From: Alphaproteobacteria bacterium
GTDB taxonomy: Bacteria > Pseudomonadota > Alphaproteobacteria > SP197
Assembly (NCBI GenBank): GCA_965220805.1
Contig: OZ244844.1
Coordinates: 3,415,757-3,479,756 of the forward strand
Length of the DNA: 64,000 nt
Direction of reading: 5' to 3'
A model generated the notes under the pieces. The model saw only the letters and a program-made list of their open reading frames with translations. It did no database searches and was not told the origin of the DNA. The translations under genes were made by a program, and so were the position numbers. Positions 8,584 to 20,272 of this stretch are shown piece after piece. Position 1 is the first letter of the stretch. Every line of letters begins with the position of its first letter.

Positions 8584-8963
8584 GCGAGAATCACGCGCAT
8601 GAGGCGCAGTCCTGCCAGAAGGGCCAGGACCGAGAACACGACCGAGGCAACGACATAGAGGATCGCAAGGGAGTTGAACCCGCGCTCGAACTCGCTCACC
8701 ACGTCAAGGGAAAAGGCCGAGAACGTCGTGAAGGCTCCGAGAAAGCCGGTGGCGAGAAAGAGCCTCATGTCTCCGGGAGGCGTCCAGGCGGCTGACAGCA
8801 ACCCGATCAGAACCCCGAGAAGGAAGGATCCCACGACATTGACGATGAGAGTGCCCCAGGGAAATCCACCTCCCAACAGAGCCGCGGCACCGGCCGTCAC
8901 GAGATAGCGGCCCACCGCGCCCAGCGCGCCGCCGGCGGCAACGAGGAGACAGGCTTTGATCAC
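8580..8963 (-). CDS. crcB: fluoride ion channel CrcB/FluC
   Basis: 127-aa four-TM protein with GxxGAxxR and TFSAF motifs. Confidence 0.85.
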   Translation of the reverse strand: MIKACLLVAAGGALGAVGRYLVTAGAAALLGGGFPWGTLIVNVVGSFLLGVLIGLLSAAWTPPGDMRLFLATGFLGAFTTFSAFSLDVVSEFERGFNSLAILYVVASVVFSVLALLAGLRLMRVILA

Positions 8964-10369
8964 CCGTCCTCTCCGGCCTGCTGGCGCAGCCGCTCCCAGT
9001 AGGCAAGGCGTTTTGTGATTTCTCGCTCAAATCCCCGTTCCACCGGTCGGTAGAACTGCTGCCTTTCCATGCCTTCCGGGAAGTAGTCCTGACCGGAAAA
9101 CGCAGCCGGGGTGTCGTGGTCGTAACGGTATCCCTCGCCGTAGCCGAGATCCTCCATGAGGCGCGTCGGCGCATTGAGAATGATCTTGGGCGGCATCGGG
9201 CTTCCTTCGACCCTGGCACTCTTCGTGGCGGCAGAAAAGGCGCGGTAGGCAGCGTTGGACTTGGGAGCGGTGGCGCAATAGAGAACCGCCTGGGCAATGG
9301 CCAGTTCCCCTTCGGGCGATCCGAGGAAGGCAAAGGCATCCCGGGCAGCCACCGCCTGGGTGAGCGCCGCGGGATCGGCGAGACCGATGTCCTCGACCGC
9401 CATGCGGATGACACGGCGGGCAACAAAGAGTGGATCTTCACCCGCCTGAAGGATGCGGGCGAGCCAGTAAAGAGAGGCATCCGGATCCGATCCCCGGACC
9501 GACTTGTGAAGAGCGCTGATGAGGTTGTAATGGCCCTCCTCGGCCTTGTCGTAAACAGGAACCCGGCGCTGCACCACTTCCGCCAGACCCTGCCGGTCCA
9601 GAGGCGACGGCACATCGAGAGAGAGGAGTTCCTCTGCGATATTGAGCAGGAAGCGGCCGTCACCATCGGCCATCGCGGCAAGGGCCAGACGGGCATCGTC
9701 GTCCAGAGGCAGGTTTCGTTGCCGGAGTTTCTCGGCCCGACACAGAAGTTGGCCCAGCGCGTCCAGGGACAGCCTCTCCAGCACCAGCACCTGGCACCGC
9801 GACACCAGGGCCTGGTTGACTTCGAAGGAGGGGTTTTCGGTGGTAGCACCGACAAGAACGACAGTGCCGTCCTCGACGAAGGGCAGCATGGCATCCTGCT
9901 GTGCCTTGTTAAAGCGATGGATTTCATCGACAAACAGCAGTGTACCAAGACCGGTGGCGCGCCGCGAACGGGCTCGTTCGAAGACCTTCCTCAAATCGGC
10001 CACACCGGAAAACACGGCAGAAACGGGGTCGAAGGCGAGATCGACCCGTTCGGCGATGAGCCGAGCAATGGTGGTCTTGCCGGTTCCAGGCGGCCCCCAG
10101 AGGATCATCGAGGCAAGGCGTCCCTGGGCCACCATGCGGCCTAGCGGACCATCCTGCTTCAGCAGATGGTCCTGGCCCACGACGTCCTCCAGCACTGCCG
10201 GACGCATGCGGTCGGCCAGCGGCCGTGGTACTCCGTCTTCAAAGAGACCCGTCAAGCACCCGTTCCTTCCCTGGCTGGCGGACTGCCATGGTGCACCCTC
10301 CGCGGTCAAGGCGGCAACTGCCGGTGGCTCCTGGCGAAGGGATCGGTCATCATGGTGCCATGCTCTCAA
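8960..10369 (-). CDS. rarA: replication-associated recombination protein A (AAA+ ATPase RarA/MgsA)
   Basis: PLADRMRP, Walker A GPPGTGKTT, C-terminal MgsA domain. Confidence 0.85.
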   Translation of the reverse strand: MRAWHHDDRSLRQEPPAVAALTAEGAPWQSASQGRNGCLTGLFEDGVPRPLADRMRPAVLEDVVGQDHLLKQDGPLGRMVAQGRLASMILWGPPGTGKTTIARLIAERVDLAFDPVSAVFSGVADLRKVFERARSRRATGLGTLLFVDEIHRFNKAQQDAMLPFVEDGTVVLVGATTENPSFEVNQALVSRCQVLVLERLSLDALGQLLCRAEKLRQRNLPLDDDARLALAAMADGDGRFLLNIAEELLSLDVPSPLDRQGLAEVVQRRVPVYDKAEEGHYNLISALHKSVRGSDPDASLYWLARILQAGEDPLFVARRVIRMAVEDIGLADPAALTQAVAARDAFAFLGSPEGELAIAQAVLYCATAPKSNAAYRAFSAATKSARVEGSPMPPKIILNAPTRLMEDLGYGEGYRYDHDTPAAFSGQDYFPEGMERQQFYRPVERGFEREITKRLAYWERLRQQAGEDG

Positions 10370-10413
10370 GGAAAGCGGCCAGGATGAACCCCGCTCGCCA
10401 GGAAGCCTGAACG

Positions 10414-10728
10414 GTGTCCGTCCGGATCGCCTCGGTCGTGTGGGTCCAGGCTTTCCTGCGCCGCTGCGATCTTGCTGCCGTGCCCGTCTACGTGCTGCGG
10501 CGCGGAGATGCGGATGCCGGGGAAATCTGGCTCAAACTGGTGAAGGGACGAGATGAGGTCAGCATCCTGCAGGTGTCGCGGGACGATCACACGTCCACCG
10601 TGCACAAGGTGCTGGACGAGGCGGAGGCGGACCGCCATCTCGCCCGCCAGGAGACCTATGATCCCGATCTCTGGGTCATCGAGATCGACGACCGGGCGGG
10701 GCGGAGCAACACGCTGTTCCAAAACTGA
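10414..10728 (+). CDS. small conserved hypothetical protein (104 aa), alphaproteobacterial DUF-like
   Basis: Clean ORF with good codon bias; no recognisable catalytic motif. Confidence 0.4.
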   Translation: MSVRIASVVWVQAFLRRCDLAAVPVYVLRRGDADAGEIWLKLVKGRDEVSILQVSRDDHTSTVHKVLDEAEADRHLARQETYDPDLWVIEIDDRAGRSNTLFQN

Positions 10729-10760
10729 GCAACGGCGGCGGTGCCCGGGAAAGACCGGTC
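10729..10760. terminator. palindrome GAGACCGGTCTC in the convergent gap between the hypothetical gene and rplQ; possible bidirectional terminator
   Basis: Perfect 12-bp palindrome between converging genes. Confidence 0.25.
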
Positions 10761-11174
10761 TCAGTCCTCGTCTTCACTCTGCTGCAACGGGCCAGAGTCC
10801 TGGCCCTTGGCGTCCTCATCACGGTCCACAAACTCGACGACCGCCATGGGCGCGCTGTCGCCGTAGCGAAAACCCGCCTTGAGGACCCTGGTGTAGCCGC
10901 CTGCACGATCCTCATAACGCGGCGCCAGGGTTTCGAACAGCTTCACCAGCATCGCGTCGTCACGCAGCCTCGCATGGGCAAGGCGCCGGGCGTGAAGCGT
11001 ACCGCGCTTGCCCAGGGTAACGAGCTTCTCGACATAAGGAGAGACTTCCTTCGCCTTGGCAAGGGTGGTGGTGATCTGCTCGTGCTTGATCAGCGCCGCT
11101 GCCATGTTCCGCAGCATGGCGGTACGGTGTGCGCTCGTTCGATTGAGCTTGCGCCCCGAATGCCGGTGTCGCAT
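10761..11174 (-). CDS. rplQ: 50S ribosomal protein L17
   Basis: Homology; last gene of the alpha operon. Confidence 0.9.
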   Translation of the reverse strand: MRHRHSGRKLNRTSAHRTAMLRNMAAALIKHEQITTTLAKAKEVSPYVEKLVTLGKRGTLHARRLAHARLRDDAMLVKLFETLAPRYEDRAGGYTRVLKAGFRYGDSAPMAVVEFVDRDEDAKGQDSGPLQQSEDED

Positions 11175-11193
11175 GACCCTCTCCCCGTCCTCG

Positions 11194-12222
11194 TCAGCTG
11201 AAGGGATTCTCGTAACGCCGCGCCAGCTCCTCGATGTTCTCCGGCGGCCAGTCCGGCAGATTCATGTCGAGGCCGAGCTGCATCTGCGCCAACACTTCCT
11301 TGATCTCGTTGAGCGACTTGCGGCCAAAGTTCGGGGTTCGCATCATTTCTGACTCGGACTTCTGAACAAGGTCGCCGATGTAGACGATGTTGTCCCCCTT
11401 GAGACAATTGGCTGAACGCACCGAGAGTTCAAGTTCGTCGATCTTGCGTAGCAGGTGCCTGTTGAATTCCGGCTCTCTCGCATCGTCGTGATCGACAAGA
11501 TCCTGCGGCTCTTCGAAGTTGACAAAGGGCTGCAGCTGTTCCTGAAGGATGCGTGCCGCCAGAGCCACGGCGTCCTCGGGGTTGACCGCACCGTTGGTCT
11601 CCACCGACATGGCAAGCCTGTCGTAGTCTGTCACCTGCCCGACGCGGCTGTTTTCCACCTTGAAGGCAACCTTGCGCACCGGACTGTAGATGGCGTCGAT
11701 GGGAATCAGTCCGATCTGCGCCTCCTCGTCGCGGTTGCGCGAAGCAGGAACGTAGCCGTTGCCGGTCGCCACGTGGAGCTCCATGTCCAGGCTGGCCCCG
11801 GCATCGAGAGTGCAGATGACATGATCGGGATCCAGAACCTCGAAGTCTGCCCCGCCGTCAATACGGCCGGCCAGCACGGCGCCAGGCTCGCTGGCGCTGA
11901 GAAAGACGCGTCGCGGCTGCTCAGGCGTATGGTCGCTGTGCATCTTGATGGCCAGCGCCTTGATGTTGAGAATGATGTCGGTCAGGTCCTCGTGCACGCC
12001 GCGGATCGAAGAGAACTCGTGAACGACATCGTTCACACGCACACCGACTACGGCCGCGCCGCGCAGCGATGACAGCAGAATTCTTCTCAGCGCATTGCCC
12101 AGGGTCGTACCGAAGCCTCTCTCGAGAGGCTCGACAACGATGTCCGCCTCACGCGAGGCGTCCATTCCGGGAATGATCTGCAACTTCCTGGGCTTGATCA
12201 GAGCCGTCCAGTTCTTGTCCAT
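11194..12222 (-). CDS. rpoA: DNA-directed RNA polymerase alpha subunit (start at [11 protein letters not shown])
   Basis: Homology; position after rpsK. Confidence 0.9.
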   Translation of the reverse strand: MDKNWTALIKPRKLQIIPGMDASREADIVVEPLERGFGTTLGNALRRILLSSLRGAAVVGVRVNDVVHEFSSIRGVHEDLTDIILNIKALAIKMHSDHTPEQPRRVFLSASEPGAVLAGRIDGGADFEVLDPDHVICTLDAGASLDMELHVATGNGYVPASRNRDEEAQIGLIPIDAIYSPVRKVAFKVENSRVGQVTDYDRLAMSVETNGAVNPEDAVALAARILQEQLQPFVNFEEPQDLVDHDDAREPEFNRHLLRKIDELELSVRSANCLKGDNIVYIGDLVQKSESEMMRTPNFGRKSLNEIKEVLAQMQLGLDMNLPDWPPENIEELARRYENPFS

Positions 12223-12294
12223 TGTGCTCCATTGCCTCATTGGTGACGCTGCCGCACCGCGGCGTCCGTCACGGTCATGATGTCAGGGACGAGG

Positions 12295-12684
12295 TCAGAC
12301 TCGGCGACGCTTGCGCGGTCGGCATCCGTTGTGCGGAATTGGGGTCACGTCCTGGATGGCGGTAATCTGAAAACCGATTGCCGACAGGGCACGCAGGGCC
12401 GATTCGCGTCCCGAGCCCGGGCCCTTGACATAGACCTCCAGAGTCTGGACGCCGTGTTCCTGCGCCTTGCGGCCGGCGTCTTCGGCAGCCATCTGCGCCG
12501 CATAGGGCGTCGACTTGCGCGATCCCTTGAAGCCCATGGATCCCGCCGACGACCAGGAGATGGCATTGCCCTGGGCATCGGTAATGGTGATCATGGTGTT
12601 GTTGAACGATGCGGTCACATGGGCAAGACCCGATGTGATGTTCTTCCTCTCCCGCCGCCTGACGCGGGTCGTTTCACGTGCCAT
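12295..12684 (-). CDS. rpsK: 30S ribosomal protein S11 (start [12 protein letters not shown])
   Basis: Homology; ORF track extension to 12747 is unsupported. Confidence 0.9.
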   Translation of the reverse strand: MARETTRVRRRERKNITSGLAHVTASFNNTMITITDAQGNAISWSSAGSMGFKGSRKSTPYAAQMAAEDAGRKAQEHGVQTLEVYVKGPGSGRESALRALSAIGFQITAIQDVTPIPHNGCRPRKRRRV

Positions 12685-12694
12685 TGTGGAGAAT

Positions 12695-13063
12695 CTACTT
12701 CTTCTTGCCGGCGACCGGCCGCGCCTTGCCCTTGCGGGTTCGCGCATTGTTGTGAGTGTTCTGACCGCGGACCGGCAGCCCCTTGCGGTGACGGATACCG
12801 CGGTTGCATCCGAGATCCATCAGCCGCTTGATGCTCATGGCCACCTCACGACGCAGGTCGCCTTCAACCGTATAGTCGCAGTCTATCAGTTCGCGGATCT
12901 GGACAACCTCCGCGTCCGTGAGTTCATTGACACGTCGGGCATCGGGTATCTGCGCCGAACGGCAGATCTGGCGCGCACTCGTGCGGCCGATTCCGTGAAT
13001 ATAGGTCAGCGCCACTTCCACCCGCTTGGACGTCGGGATGTTCACTCCTGCAATGCGCGCCAA
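12695..13063 (-). CDS. rpsM: 30S ribosomal protein S13, probable TTG start preceded by GGGAGAG
   Basis: (L)[10 protein letters not shown]-terminus; upstream ATG would add 32 non-homologous residues and overlap adk. Confidence 0.85.
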   Translation of the reverse strand: MARIAGVNIPTSKRVEVALTYIHGIGRTSARQICRSAQIPDARRVNELTDAEVVQIRELIDCDYTVEGDLRREVAMSIKRLMDLGCNRGIRHRKGLPVRGQNTHNNARTRKGKARPVAGKKK

Positions 13064-13127
13064 AGCCGTCTCTCCCTGGCCAGTAACTGAAGGGGATATG
13101 GTTGAATTTGATTGAGGGACAAGGGAG

Positions 13128-13814
13128 TCATTGTAAGGGACACCCGCCGTCGCTGTCAATCGTCGACGGCACCGGAAGCGCCGCCAGTATCTGTTCCGTC
13201 ACCTCGTCGATGGCAGCCATGCCGTCGACGGTGACGAGGATGCCGCGGGAGGCGTAGTACGGCAGGAGAGGCTCTGTCTGACGATGATAGACGTCCAGCC
13301 TCGAACGCACCGTTTCCTCGTTGTCATCGGCGCGCCTGTCGAAGTCCCGACCGCCGCAGAAATCGCACACACCGCTCTCGAGGGGTCTGTGGAAGACATC
13401 ATGGTACCCGGCACCGCAGGCGCGGCAGGTGAAGCGTCCGGTGATGCGGCTGACGAGGATGTCGTCGTCGACGCCGATCTCGATGACACGATCAAGGGCA
13501 CTCGAGCGCGATGACAGCATGGCGTCGAGAGCCTCAGCTTGGGCCGGAGACCGGGGAAATCCGTCCAGGATGAAGCCGTTCCGACAGTCCTCCAGGTCGA
13601 TACGTCCCGCGATCATGGCAATGATGAGATCGTCGCCGACAAGATTACCCCTTTCCATGATCCGGGCCGCGGCGCGGCCGAGTTCGCTTCCATTGGCCAC
13701 CTCCCTGCGCAACATGTCCCCCGTGGCAAGCTGGGGTATGTCATAGCGCGCCATCAGGCGATGCGCCTGTGTCCCCTTGCCGGCCCCCGGGGGTCCGAGC
13801 AAAAGCAGCTTCAT
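13128..13814 (-). CDS. adk: adenylate kinase
   Basis: [18 protein letters not shown]-loop; zinc-binding LID CxxC...CxxC. Confidence 0.9.
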   Translation of the reverse strand: MKLLLLGPPGAGKGTQAHRLMARYDIPQLATGDMLRREVANGSELGRAAARIMERGNLVGDDLIIAMIAGRIDLEDCRNGFILDGFPRSPAQAEALDAMLSSRSSALDRVIEIGVDDDILVSRITGRFTCRACGAGYHDVFHRPLESGVCDFCGGRDFDRRADDNEETVRSRLDVYHRQTEPLLPYYASRGILVTVDGMAAIDEVTEQILAALPVPSTIDSDGGCPLQ

Positions 13815-15157
13815 CGTCGCCTGCCCTTGAGCCTGGCCTTGCGGATAAGGCCCTCGTACTGGTGGGCCAGCAGGTGGGACTGGATCTGGGAGACCGTGTC
13901 CATGGTCACGGTTACGCAGATCAGCAGCGATGTTCCACCCAGGAAGACAGGAATGGCAAGGCTGCCTATCAGGTACTCGGGAAGCAGGCAGACGAGAGCC
14001 AGGTAGAGCGCACCCACGGTGGTCAGTCTGGTGAGCACGAAATCAAGGTACTCGGTGGTGTTCTTGCCGGGCCTGATGCCCGGAATGAAACCGCCGTTTT
14101 TTCTCAGGTTGTCCGCGGTATCAGCCGGATTGAAGACCACCGCCGTGTAGAAGTAGCAGAAGAAGACGATCGCCGAGCCGAAGATCAGCAGGTAGAGGGG
14201 CTCACCGCGGCCCAGCAGCCTGGTGATCTCCGTCAGCCAGCTCGAACCGCTCCCCACTGCCGAGAAGCTGGCAAAGGTCGCGGGCATCAGAAGGATGGAA
14301 CTGGCAAAGATGGGGGGAATGACGCCGGCGGTGTTGAGCTTGAGGGGGAGGTAGGAACTCTCGCCACCGAACATGCGGTTGCCGACCTGGCGTTTGGGGT
14401 ACTGCACGACGATGCGTCTCTGGGCCCGCTCCATCCACACGATCCAGTAGATGATCAGGCCGGCACCGATGAAGATCGCCATGATCGTGAACGCGGAAAG
14501 GGAGCCGACCCGGCCCAGTTCCAGCAGCTGGGCGATAGCACCCGGGAAGCTGGCGACGATACCGGCGAATATGATGAGGGAGACACCGTTGCCGACTCCC
14601 CTCTGGGTCACCTGTTCGCCAAGCCACAGCAGGAACATGGTGCCACCCAGCAGGGTCACCACCGTGGTGAATCGGAAGAAGAGACCGGGTTCCATGACCG
14701 CCGAGCCCTGACTTCCCGCCATTGCCTCGAGACCGACGGCAATGCCGTAGCCCTGGACGATGCACAGGGCCACTGTCAGGTAGCGGGTGTACTGGTTCAT
14801 TGTCTTGCGCCCCGCCTCACCTTCCTTCTTGAGCTGGTCGAGACGCGGCGAAACCGCCGTCATCAGCTGCATGATGATCGCGGCGGAGATATAGGGCATG
14901 ACGTTGAGCGCGAAGATCGTCATGCGTTCCAGGGCGCCACCGGCAAACATGTTGAACATCGACAGGATGCCGCCGGCCTGCTGCTGGAAGATGTCGCCCA
15001 GGATCGAGGGATCGACCCCGGGAATGGGGATGTAGGTGCCCAGGCGATAGACCACCAGCGCGCCCAGGGTAAACCAGAGGCGTTTCCTGAGTTCCGTCGC
15101 CTTGCCGAGTGCCCCGAGATTGAGCTGGCCGGCGAACTGGTCCTGGCGGGTTGCCAT
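13811..15157 (-). CDS. secY: preprotein translocase SecY
   Basis: Homology; 10 TM. Confidence 0.9.
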   Translation of the reverse strand: MATRQDQFAGQLNLGALGKATELRKRLWFTLGALVVYRLGTYIPIPGVDPSILGDIFQQQAGGILSMFNMFAGGALERMTIFALNVMPYISAAIIMQLMTAVSPRLDQLKKEGEAGRKTMNQYTRYLTVALCIVQGYGIAVGLEAMAGSQGSAVMEPGLFFRFTTVVTLLGGTMFLLWLGEQVTQRGVGNGVSLIIFAGIVASFPGAIAQLLELGRVGSLSAFTIMAIFIGAGLIIYWIVWMERAQRRIVVQYPKRQVGNRMFGGESSYLPLKLNTAGVIPPIFASSILLMPATFASFSAVGSGSSWLTEITRLLGRGEPLYLLIFGSAIVFFCYFYTAVVFNPADTADNLRKNGGFIPGIRPGKNTTEYLDFVLTRLTTVGALYLALVCLLPEYLIGSLAIPVFLGGTSLLICVTVTMDTVSQIQSHLLAHQYEGLIRKARLKGRRR

Positions 15158-15168
15158 GTCCCTGGTCG

Positions 15169-15630
15169 TCAGCCGGCGGTCACGTTGACGGTACCACCCT
15201 GTTCCTCGATCTGCCGGCGTGCCGACTTCGTGACCCGGGCAACCGTGATCTCGATGCGTGCCGCAAGGTCGCCCGAGCCAAGAAGACTGACTCCGTCGCG
15301 AAGCCGCCTGATGACACCGGCCTCGCGCAGGGTCTCGCCGGTCATGGCCTGGCTGGCGTCGAGCCTGCCGGAGTCGATGGCCCGCTGCAGGCGCTCCAGC
15401 GTCACTTCGACGTAGCGCTTGCGCGACGGGTTGGTGAACCCGCGCATGGGAAGGCGCCGGTAGATCGGCATCTGGCCACCCTCGAAGGTGGCAAGAGCGA
15501 CGCCGGACCGTGATTTCTGACCCTTGTGGCCACGCCCACCTGTCTTGCCAAGACCGGTGCCGATACCACGCCCGCGGCGCTTGCGCGCATGGGTGGCGCC
15601 GTGATTGTCACGGATCTCGTTGAGTTTCAT
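15169..15630 (-). CDS. rplO: 50S ribosomal protein L15
   Basis: Homology. Confidence 0.9.
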   Translation of the reverse strand: MKLNEIRDNHGATHARKRRGRGIGTGLGKTGGRGHKGQKSRSGVALATFEGGQMPIYRRLPMRGFTNPSRKRYVEVTLERLQRAIDSGRLDASQAMTGETLREAGVIRRLRDGVSLLGSGDLAARIEITVARVTKSARRQIEEQGGTVNVTAG

Positions 15631-15839
15631 GAGCTGGAGTCTCCGCCGATCTCTTCCCAGTCCACCAGGTGATGCACCTTTCTCAGCATGCCGCGCACAG
15701 CCGGCGTGTCCTCGAGGATACGCGTTCTCGACATGCGCCCCAGGCCCAGGCCGACCAGTGTCTGACGCTGGTCCGCCGGCCGACCGATGGGGCTGCCGGT
15801 CTGCGTGACCCTGATGCGCCCGGTCCTTGCTTCTTCCAT
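15627..15839 (-). CDS. rpmD: 50S ribosomal protein L30
   Basis: Homology. Confidence 0.85.
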   Translation of the reverse strand: MEEARTGRIRVTQTGSPIGRPADQRQTLVGLGLGRMSRTRILEDTPAVRGMLRKVHHLVDWEEIGGDSSS

Positions 15840-16390
15840 CAGGTCCTCGACTCCTGGATCAGGCGGTTCGACTTGTTGCGCTTGGCGGCCACCTGGCGTG
15901 GTGACATCGTACGCGCCAGCGCATCGAAGGTCGCCTTGACCATGTTGTGGGGATTGGCGCTGCCGGTCGACTTGCAGACGACGTCCTGGGCGCCGAGCGC
16001 CTCGAAGACGGCGCGCATCGGCCCACCGGCGATGACGCCGGTGCCCGGTGGTGCGGAACGCAGGACCACGCGCCCGGCGCCATAGCGCCCGGTCACGTCA
16101 TGATGCAGGGTGCGCCCTTCCCGCAACGGCACCCGGACCATGTTGCGGCGTGCCTGTTCGGTCGCCTTGCGGATGGCCTCGGGCACCTCACGCGCCTTGC
16201 CGGCGCCATGACCGGCGCGGCCCTTCTGGTCACCGACAACCACGAGCGCGGCAAAGCCGAACCGCCGGCCGCCCTTGACGACCTTGGCGACGCGGTTGAT
16301 GCTGACGAGCTTCTCGAGAAACTCGCTTCCCTCCCGGTTGTCACCGCCGCCGCGGCGTCCGCCGCCCCGTTCACGACCCGATGTTGCCAT
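15839..16390 (-). CDS. rpsE: 30S ribosomal protein S5
   Basis: Homology. Confidence 0.9.
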   Translation of the reverse strand: MATSGRERGGGRRGGGDNREGSEFLEKLVSINRVAKVVKGGRRFGFAALVVVGDQKGRAGHGAGKAREVPEAIRKATEQARRNMVRVPLREGRTLHHDVTGRYGAGRVVLRSAPPGTGVIAGGPMRAVFEALGAQDVVCKSTGSANPHNMVKATFDALARTMSPRQVAAKRNKSNRLIQESRT

Positions 16391-16415
16391 CCCCTATCCC
16401 TTCCAAGAACACGTT

Positions 16416-16778
16416 CTATAGTTTGAGACCGCCTTCACGGGCGGCATCGGCGAGTGCCTTGACGCGGCCGTGATAACGGTAACCTCCCCTGTCAAAGACC
16501 ACCTCGGTGACTCCGGCAGCGATGGCGCGTTCGGCGATGACCTTGCCGATACGAGACGCCGCTTCGATCGTGGCGCCGTTCGCGACCTCGCCCTTGATTC
16601 CGCTGTCGATGCTGGACGCCGAGGCCAGGGTAACCCCGGCGCCGTCCTCGATGATCTGCGCATAGATGTTCCGTGACGAGCGGAAGACAGAGAGCCGCGG
16701 CCGACCGGCAGCCCGTGCCTTCAGCTTGAGACGTGTACGCGCCCGGCGGCGCGCCTGGAGTTCCCTTGCCGTCTTCAT
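16416..16778 (-). CDS. rplR: 50S ribosomal protein L18 (start [12 protein letters not shown])
   Basis: Homology; ORF track extension to 16949 overlaps rplF. Confidence 0.85.
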   Translation of the reverse strand: MKTARELQARRRARTRLKLKARAAGRPRLSVFRSSRNIYAQIIEDGAGVTLASASSIDSGIKGEVANGATIEAASRIGKVIAERAIAAGVTEVVFDRGGYRYHGRVKALADAAREGGLKL

Positions 16779-16786
16779 GGCCGCCC

Positions 16787-17320
16787 CTACTTCTTCTTGC
16801 CTTCCTTGCGCAACACGACCTCGCCGCTGTAGCGGATTCCCTTGCCCTTGTACGGCTCCGGTGGCCGCAGACGCCTGATTTCGGAGGCAAGCTGGCCGAC
16901 GCGTTGCTTGTCGATGCCGCTGATGACGATCTCCTGCTGGTTCGGACACTCGACGGCGAGGCCATCAGGCACCGGAACCTCGATGTCGTGACTGTAGCCG
17001 ACCTGGAGTCTCAGCGTCCCTCCCTGCATCTGTGCCCGGTAGCCGACGCCCTGGAGTTCGAGAGTGCGGCGGAATCCCGAGGTGACCCCGGTCACCATGG
17101 ACTGGATGTTGGAGCGTGTCGTGCCCCACAGGGCCGTTGCCTGGCGCGATGACGAATTCGGTGTCACCGTCAGCACGTCCCCTTCCAGGGCTACCGACAC
17201 CTCGGGAAGGAAGGACTGCGTGAGCGACCCTTTCGCCCCGGAGACCTCGATCGAGGACTCGCCAACGGTGACGGCGACTCCCTCGGGCACGGCGATTGCA
17301 TTCTTTCCGATGCGGGACAT
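16787..17320 (-). CDS. rplF: 50S ribosomal protein L6
   Basis: Homology. Confidence 0.9.
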   Translation of the reverse strand: MSRIGKNAIAVPEGVAVTVGESSIEVSGAKGSLTQSFLPEVSVALEGDVLTVTPNSSSRQATALWGTTRSNIQSMVTGVTSGFRRTLELQGVGYRAQMQGGTLRLQVGYSHDIEVPVPDGLAVECPNQQEIVISGIDKQRVGQLASEIRRLRPPEPYKGKGIRYSGEVVLRKEGKKK

Positions 17321-17348
17321 GGTTTACCTTTCCTCGCCAGCGCTGGCG

Positions 17349-17747
17349 TCAGAAGATGCGGCAGAGCACTTCGCCGCCTACATTGGCCGCCCGTGCCTCG
17401 TCGTCTGTCATCACGCCCTTGGGCGTTGACATGATGGTGATGCCCAGACCGCCATAGACGCTGGGCATGTCCCTGACACCGGTATAGATCCTGCGTCCGG
17501 GCGTGGAAATCCTGCCGATCTCGCGGATCACCGGCTCGCCTTCGTAGTACTTGAGCTCGATCACGAGTTCAGGGCGCGACGGCATCTCGCTGTTGCGGTG
17601 CCAATCGCGGATGTAGCCTTCACGCTTGAGCACTCCGAGCACGTTTTCCTTGAGTTTCGACGCCGGGCAGTTGATGCGCGTCTTGCCGCGCATGTGCCCG
17701 TTGCGGATGCGGGCCAGCATATCGCCCAGGGGATCGGTCATCGTCAT
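17349..17747 (-). CDS. rpsH: 30S ribosomal protein S8
   Basis: Homology. Confidence 0.9.
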   Translation of the reverse strand: MTMTDPLGDMLARIRNGHMRGKTRINCPASKLKENVLGVLKREGYIRDWHRNSEMPSRPELVIELKYYEGEPVIREIGRISTPGRRIYTGVRDMPSVYGGLGITIMSTPKGVMTDDEARAANVGGEVLCRIF

Positions 17748-17766
17748 GACACTTGTCTCACCTCGC

Positions 17767-18072
17767 TCACCAGCTTGACTTGACCATGCCGGGAATCAGG
17801 CCGTCGGAGGCCAGTTCGCGCAGCATCACCCGGGACATGTCGAACCGCCGGTGGTAACCGCGCGACCTGCCGGTCACGGCGCAACGGTTGCGCACCCTGA
17901 CCTTCGCTGAATTGCGCGGCAGCTTGGCGAGCTTGAGTCTCGCCTGGAAGCGCTCTTCCACGGGAAGGTCCTGCGACTTCGCCTGGGCAAGGAGTGCAGC
18001 CCGCCGGTCGGCGAAGCGTGCGACGAGCTTTTTCCGCCGCTTGTTTCTTTCAATGGCGCTCTTCTTTGCCAT
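17767..18072 (-). CDS. rpsN: 30S ribosomal protein S14 (start [13 protein letters not shown])
   Basis: Homology; 101 aa. Confidence 0.9.
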   Translation of the reverse strand: MAKKSAIERNKRRKKLVARFADRRAALLAQAKSQDLPVEERFQARLKLAKLPRNSAKVRVRNRCAVTGRSRGYHRRFDMSRVMLRELASDGLIPGMVKSSW

Positions 18073-18109
18073 GATCGTCCTTTCGTTGGGAACTCCCTCG
18101 ACAGATGGT

Positions 18110-18676
18110 TCACGTCCTGGTGAATGGCATGTGGAAACCGTCAAGCAGGTGCCAGGCCTCGTCGTTGTTCCTGGCTGTGGTGCAGATGACAATGTCCAGC
18201 CCGCGAATGCGGCTGACCCGGTCATAGTCGATCTCGGGGAACACGATCTGTTCCCTGAGGCCCATGGCGAAATTGCCCCTGCCGTCGAAGCTCTTCGAAC
18301 TGACGCCGCGAAAGTCGCGCACCCTGGGCAGCGCGATTGTGACGAGACGGTCGAGGAATTCGAACATGCGGCGTCCGCGCAGCGTAACCCGCGCACCGAC
18401 AGGCATGCCTTCCCTCAGCTTGAAGTTCGATACCGATCGCGAAGCCCGGGTGACCACCGCTTTCTGTCCGGCAATCAACGTCAGTTCCCCGGCGGCCGCC
18501 TCCGCCTGCCTCGAATCCTGTACGGCATCGCCCACACCCATGTTGAGGACGATCTTGTCCAGTCTCGGGACGGCGTGGATGTTCCTGTAACCGAACGTCT
18601 CCATCATCGCCGGACGGATGGTGTCGTTGTACATCGCCTTGAGACGCGGCACGGCCATGGCGTTGCCCTCCGTCAT
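18110..18676 (-). CDS. rplE: 50S ribosomal protein L5
   Basis: Homology; ATGA overlap with rplX. Confidence 0.9.
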   Translation of the reverse strand: MTEGNAMAVPRLKAMYNDTIRPAMMETFGYRNIHAVPRLDKIVLNMGVGDAVQDSRQAEAAAGELTLIAGQKAVVTRASRSVSNFKLREGMPVGARVTLRGRRMFEFLDRLVTIALPRVRDFRGVSSKSFDGRGNFAMGLREQIVFPEIDYDRVSRIRGLDIVICTTARNNDEAWHLLDGFHMPFTRT

Positions 18677-18990
18677 CCGTCAATCACTTCGCCGGAACGC
18701 TTGGCCACGCGGACCTTGCGGCCATCGTCCAGGGTGCGAAATCCGACACGGGTTGGTCGGCCGTCTACAGGATCGGCCACTGCCAGATTCGAAAGATCGA
18801 TCGCGAGTTCCTTGGTGATGATGCCACCCGGGTCCCGCGCCGTCGGTTTGGTGTGACGCCGCACCACATTGACGCCGGAAACAATGGCCCGGCCCTCGCG
18901 TGGCAGGACCTTGAGGACCTCGCCCTGCTGACCCCGGTCTCGGCCGGCGAGCACGATCACGCGGTCTCCGTGTTTGATCCTTGCAGCCAT
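18673..18990 (-). CDS. rplX: 50S ribosomal protein L24
   Basis: Homology. Confidence 0.9.
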   Translation of the reverse strand: MAARIKHGDRVIVLAGRDRGQQGEVLKVLPREGRAIVSGVNVVRRHTKPTARDPGGIITKELAIDLSNLAVADPVDGRPTRVGFRTLDDGRKVRVAKRSGEVIDG

Positions 18991-19373
18991 CAGAGCACCT
19001 CGGGCGCCAGAGATATGATCTTCATGAAATTGCGGGATCGCAGTTCGCGCGTGACCGGGCCAAAGATGCGGGTACCCACCGGCTCGTTCTGCCGGTTGAT
19101 GATCACCGCCGCATTGCGGTCGAAGCGCAGGGCACTGCCGTCCGGGCGGCGAATCTCCTTGGCGGTGCGCACGATTACGGCGCGGGCCACGTCACCCTTC
19201 CTGATCTTGGCGCTGCGGTCAGGTGACTGGGGATCGGCGTCCTTCACCGTGACGACGATGATGTCGCCGACGCTCGCGGTCTTTCGTTTCGAGCCACCAA
19301 GCACCTTGATGCACTGCACACGCCTCGCACCGGAGTTGTCGGCCACAAAGAGATTGGTCTCAGCCTGGATCAT
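18990..19373 (-). CDS. rplN: 50S ribosomal protein L14
   Basis: [17 protein letters not shown]...[10 protein letters not shown]. Confidence 0.9.
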   Translation of the reverse strand: MIQAETNLFVADNSGARRVQCIKVLGGSKRKTASVGDIIVVTVKDADPQSPDRSAKIRKGDVARAVIVRTAKEIRRPDGSALRFDRNAAVIINRQNEPVGTRIFGPVTRELRSRNFMKIISLAPEVL

Positions 19374-19401
19374 CGATCACTTCTCCCAACGAACGCGCCG
19401 G

Positions 19402-19638
19402 TCAGACGGCGGGCTCGAGAACCGTCCACCGCTTGAGCTTCGACAGCGGACGGCTTTCACCGATCCGGACCTTGTCACCGACCTGGACCTCGTTGGTCTC
19501 GTCGTGGACGTGATAGCGCTTGGAGCGGCGGATTGTCTTCTTGTAGAGCGGGTGCTTCATCAGCCGGTCGACCCTGACCACGACGGTCTTGTCTCCCGAC
19601 TTCCCTGTCACCACTCCCTGCATCGTGCGTCGCGACAT
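19402..19638 (-). CDS. rpsQ: 30S ribosomal protein S17
   Basis: Homology. Confidence 0.9.
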   Translation of the reverse strand: MSRRTMQGVVTGKSGDKTVVVRVDRLMKHPLYKKTIRRSKRYHVHDETNEVQVGDKVRIGESRPLSKLKRWTVLEPAV

Positions 19639-19641
19639 GGC

Positions 19642-19848
19642 TCACGTGCCTCCCTCAAGGTTGGTCCGGGACCGCCCTTCAACAGTCTTGATGCGTGCGA
19701 TGTCGCGGCGGATCTGCCGGACACGCGCCGTGTTTCCCTCGCGCCCGTTGGCGTGCTGGAAGCGCAGGTTGAAGAGTTCCTTCTTCAGCGAAAGAAGTTG
19801 TTCCTTCCTCTCGTCAGCGCTCATGGCCCGGATTTCCACCGCCCTCAT
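19642..19848 (-). CDS. rpmC: 50S ribosomal protein L29 (start [10 protein letters not shown])
   Basis: Homology; embedded in a longer artefactual ORF 19642..20478. Confidence 0.85.
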   Translation of the reverse strand: MRAVEIRAMSADERKEQLLSLKKELFNLRFQHANGREGNTARVRQIRRDIARIKTVEGRSRTNLEGGT

Positions 19849-20267
19849 GCCGTGCCTCCGGAATGGCGCTGGATGAAGCGTACCGGTATCGGCAGCTTTG
19901 CCGCACCCAGCCTGATGGCCTCGCGCGCCGTCGTCTCGTCGACCCCGTCGAGCTCGAACATCACGCGACCGGGCTTCACTCGGCACATCCAGTACTCCGG
20001 AGAACCCTTGCCCTTGCCCATCCGCACCTCGGCCGGCTTGGTGGACACCGGAACGTCGGGGAACACGGTCACCCAGACACGCCCGGCTCGCTTCATGTAG
20101 CGGGTGATGGCGCGCCTGGAGGCCTCGATCTGACGTGCCGTGATGCGCCCGGCGGACTGCGCCTTCATGCCGTAGGCGCCGAAATTGAGGCTGGTGTACC
20201 CCTTGGCGTGGCCGTGGATACGGCCCTTGTGCGCCTTGCGGTAGCGTGTCTTCTTCGGAGAAAGCAT
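19845..20267 (-). CDS. rplP: 50S ribosomal protein L16
   Basis: Homology. Confidence 0.9.
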   Translation of the reverse strand: MLSPKKTRYRKAHKGRIHGHAKGYTSLNFGAYGMKAQSAGRITARQIEASRRAITRYMKRAGRVWVTVFPDVPVSTKPAEVRMGKGKGSPEYWMCRVKPGRVMFELDGVDETTAREAIRLGAAKLPIPVRFIQRHSGGTA

Positions 20268-20272
20268 GACCG

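Noticed and set aside
8704-9948. 414-aa minus-strand ORF inside rarA in another frame, and analogous alternate-frame ORFs inside fusA (26408..27376), rlmB (42763..43545) and the EF-Tu genes
   Set aside because: Same-strand alternate frames of well-supported genes; composition is Arg/Ser/Pro-rich; no homology.
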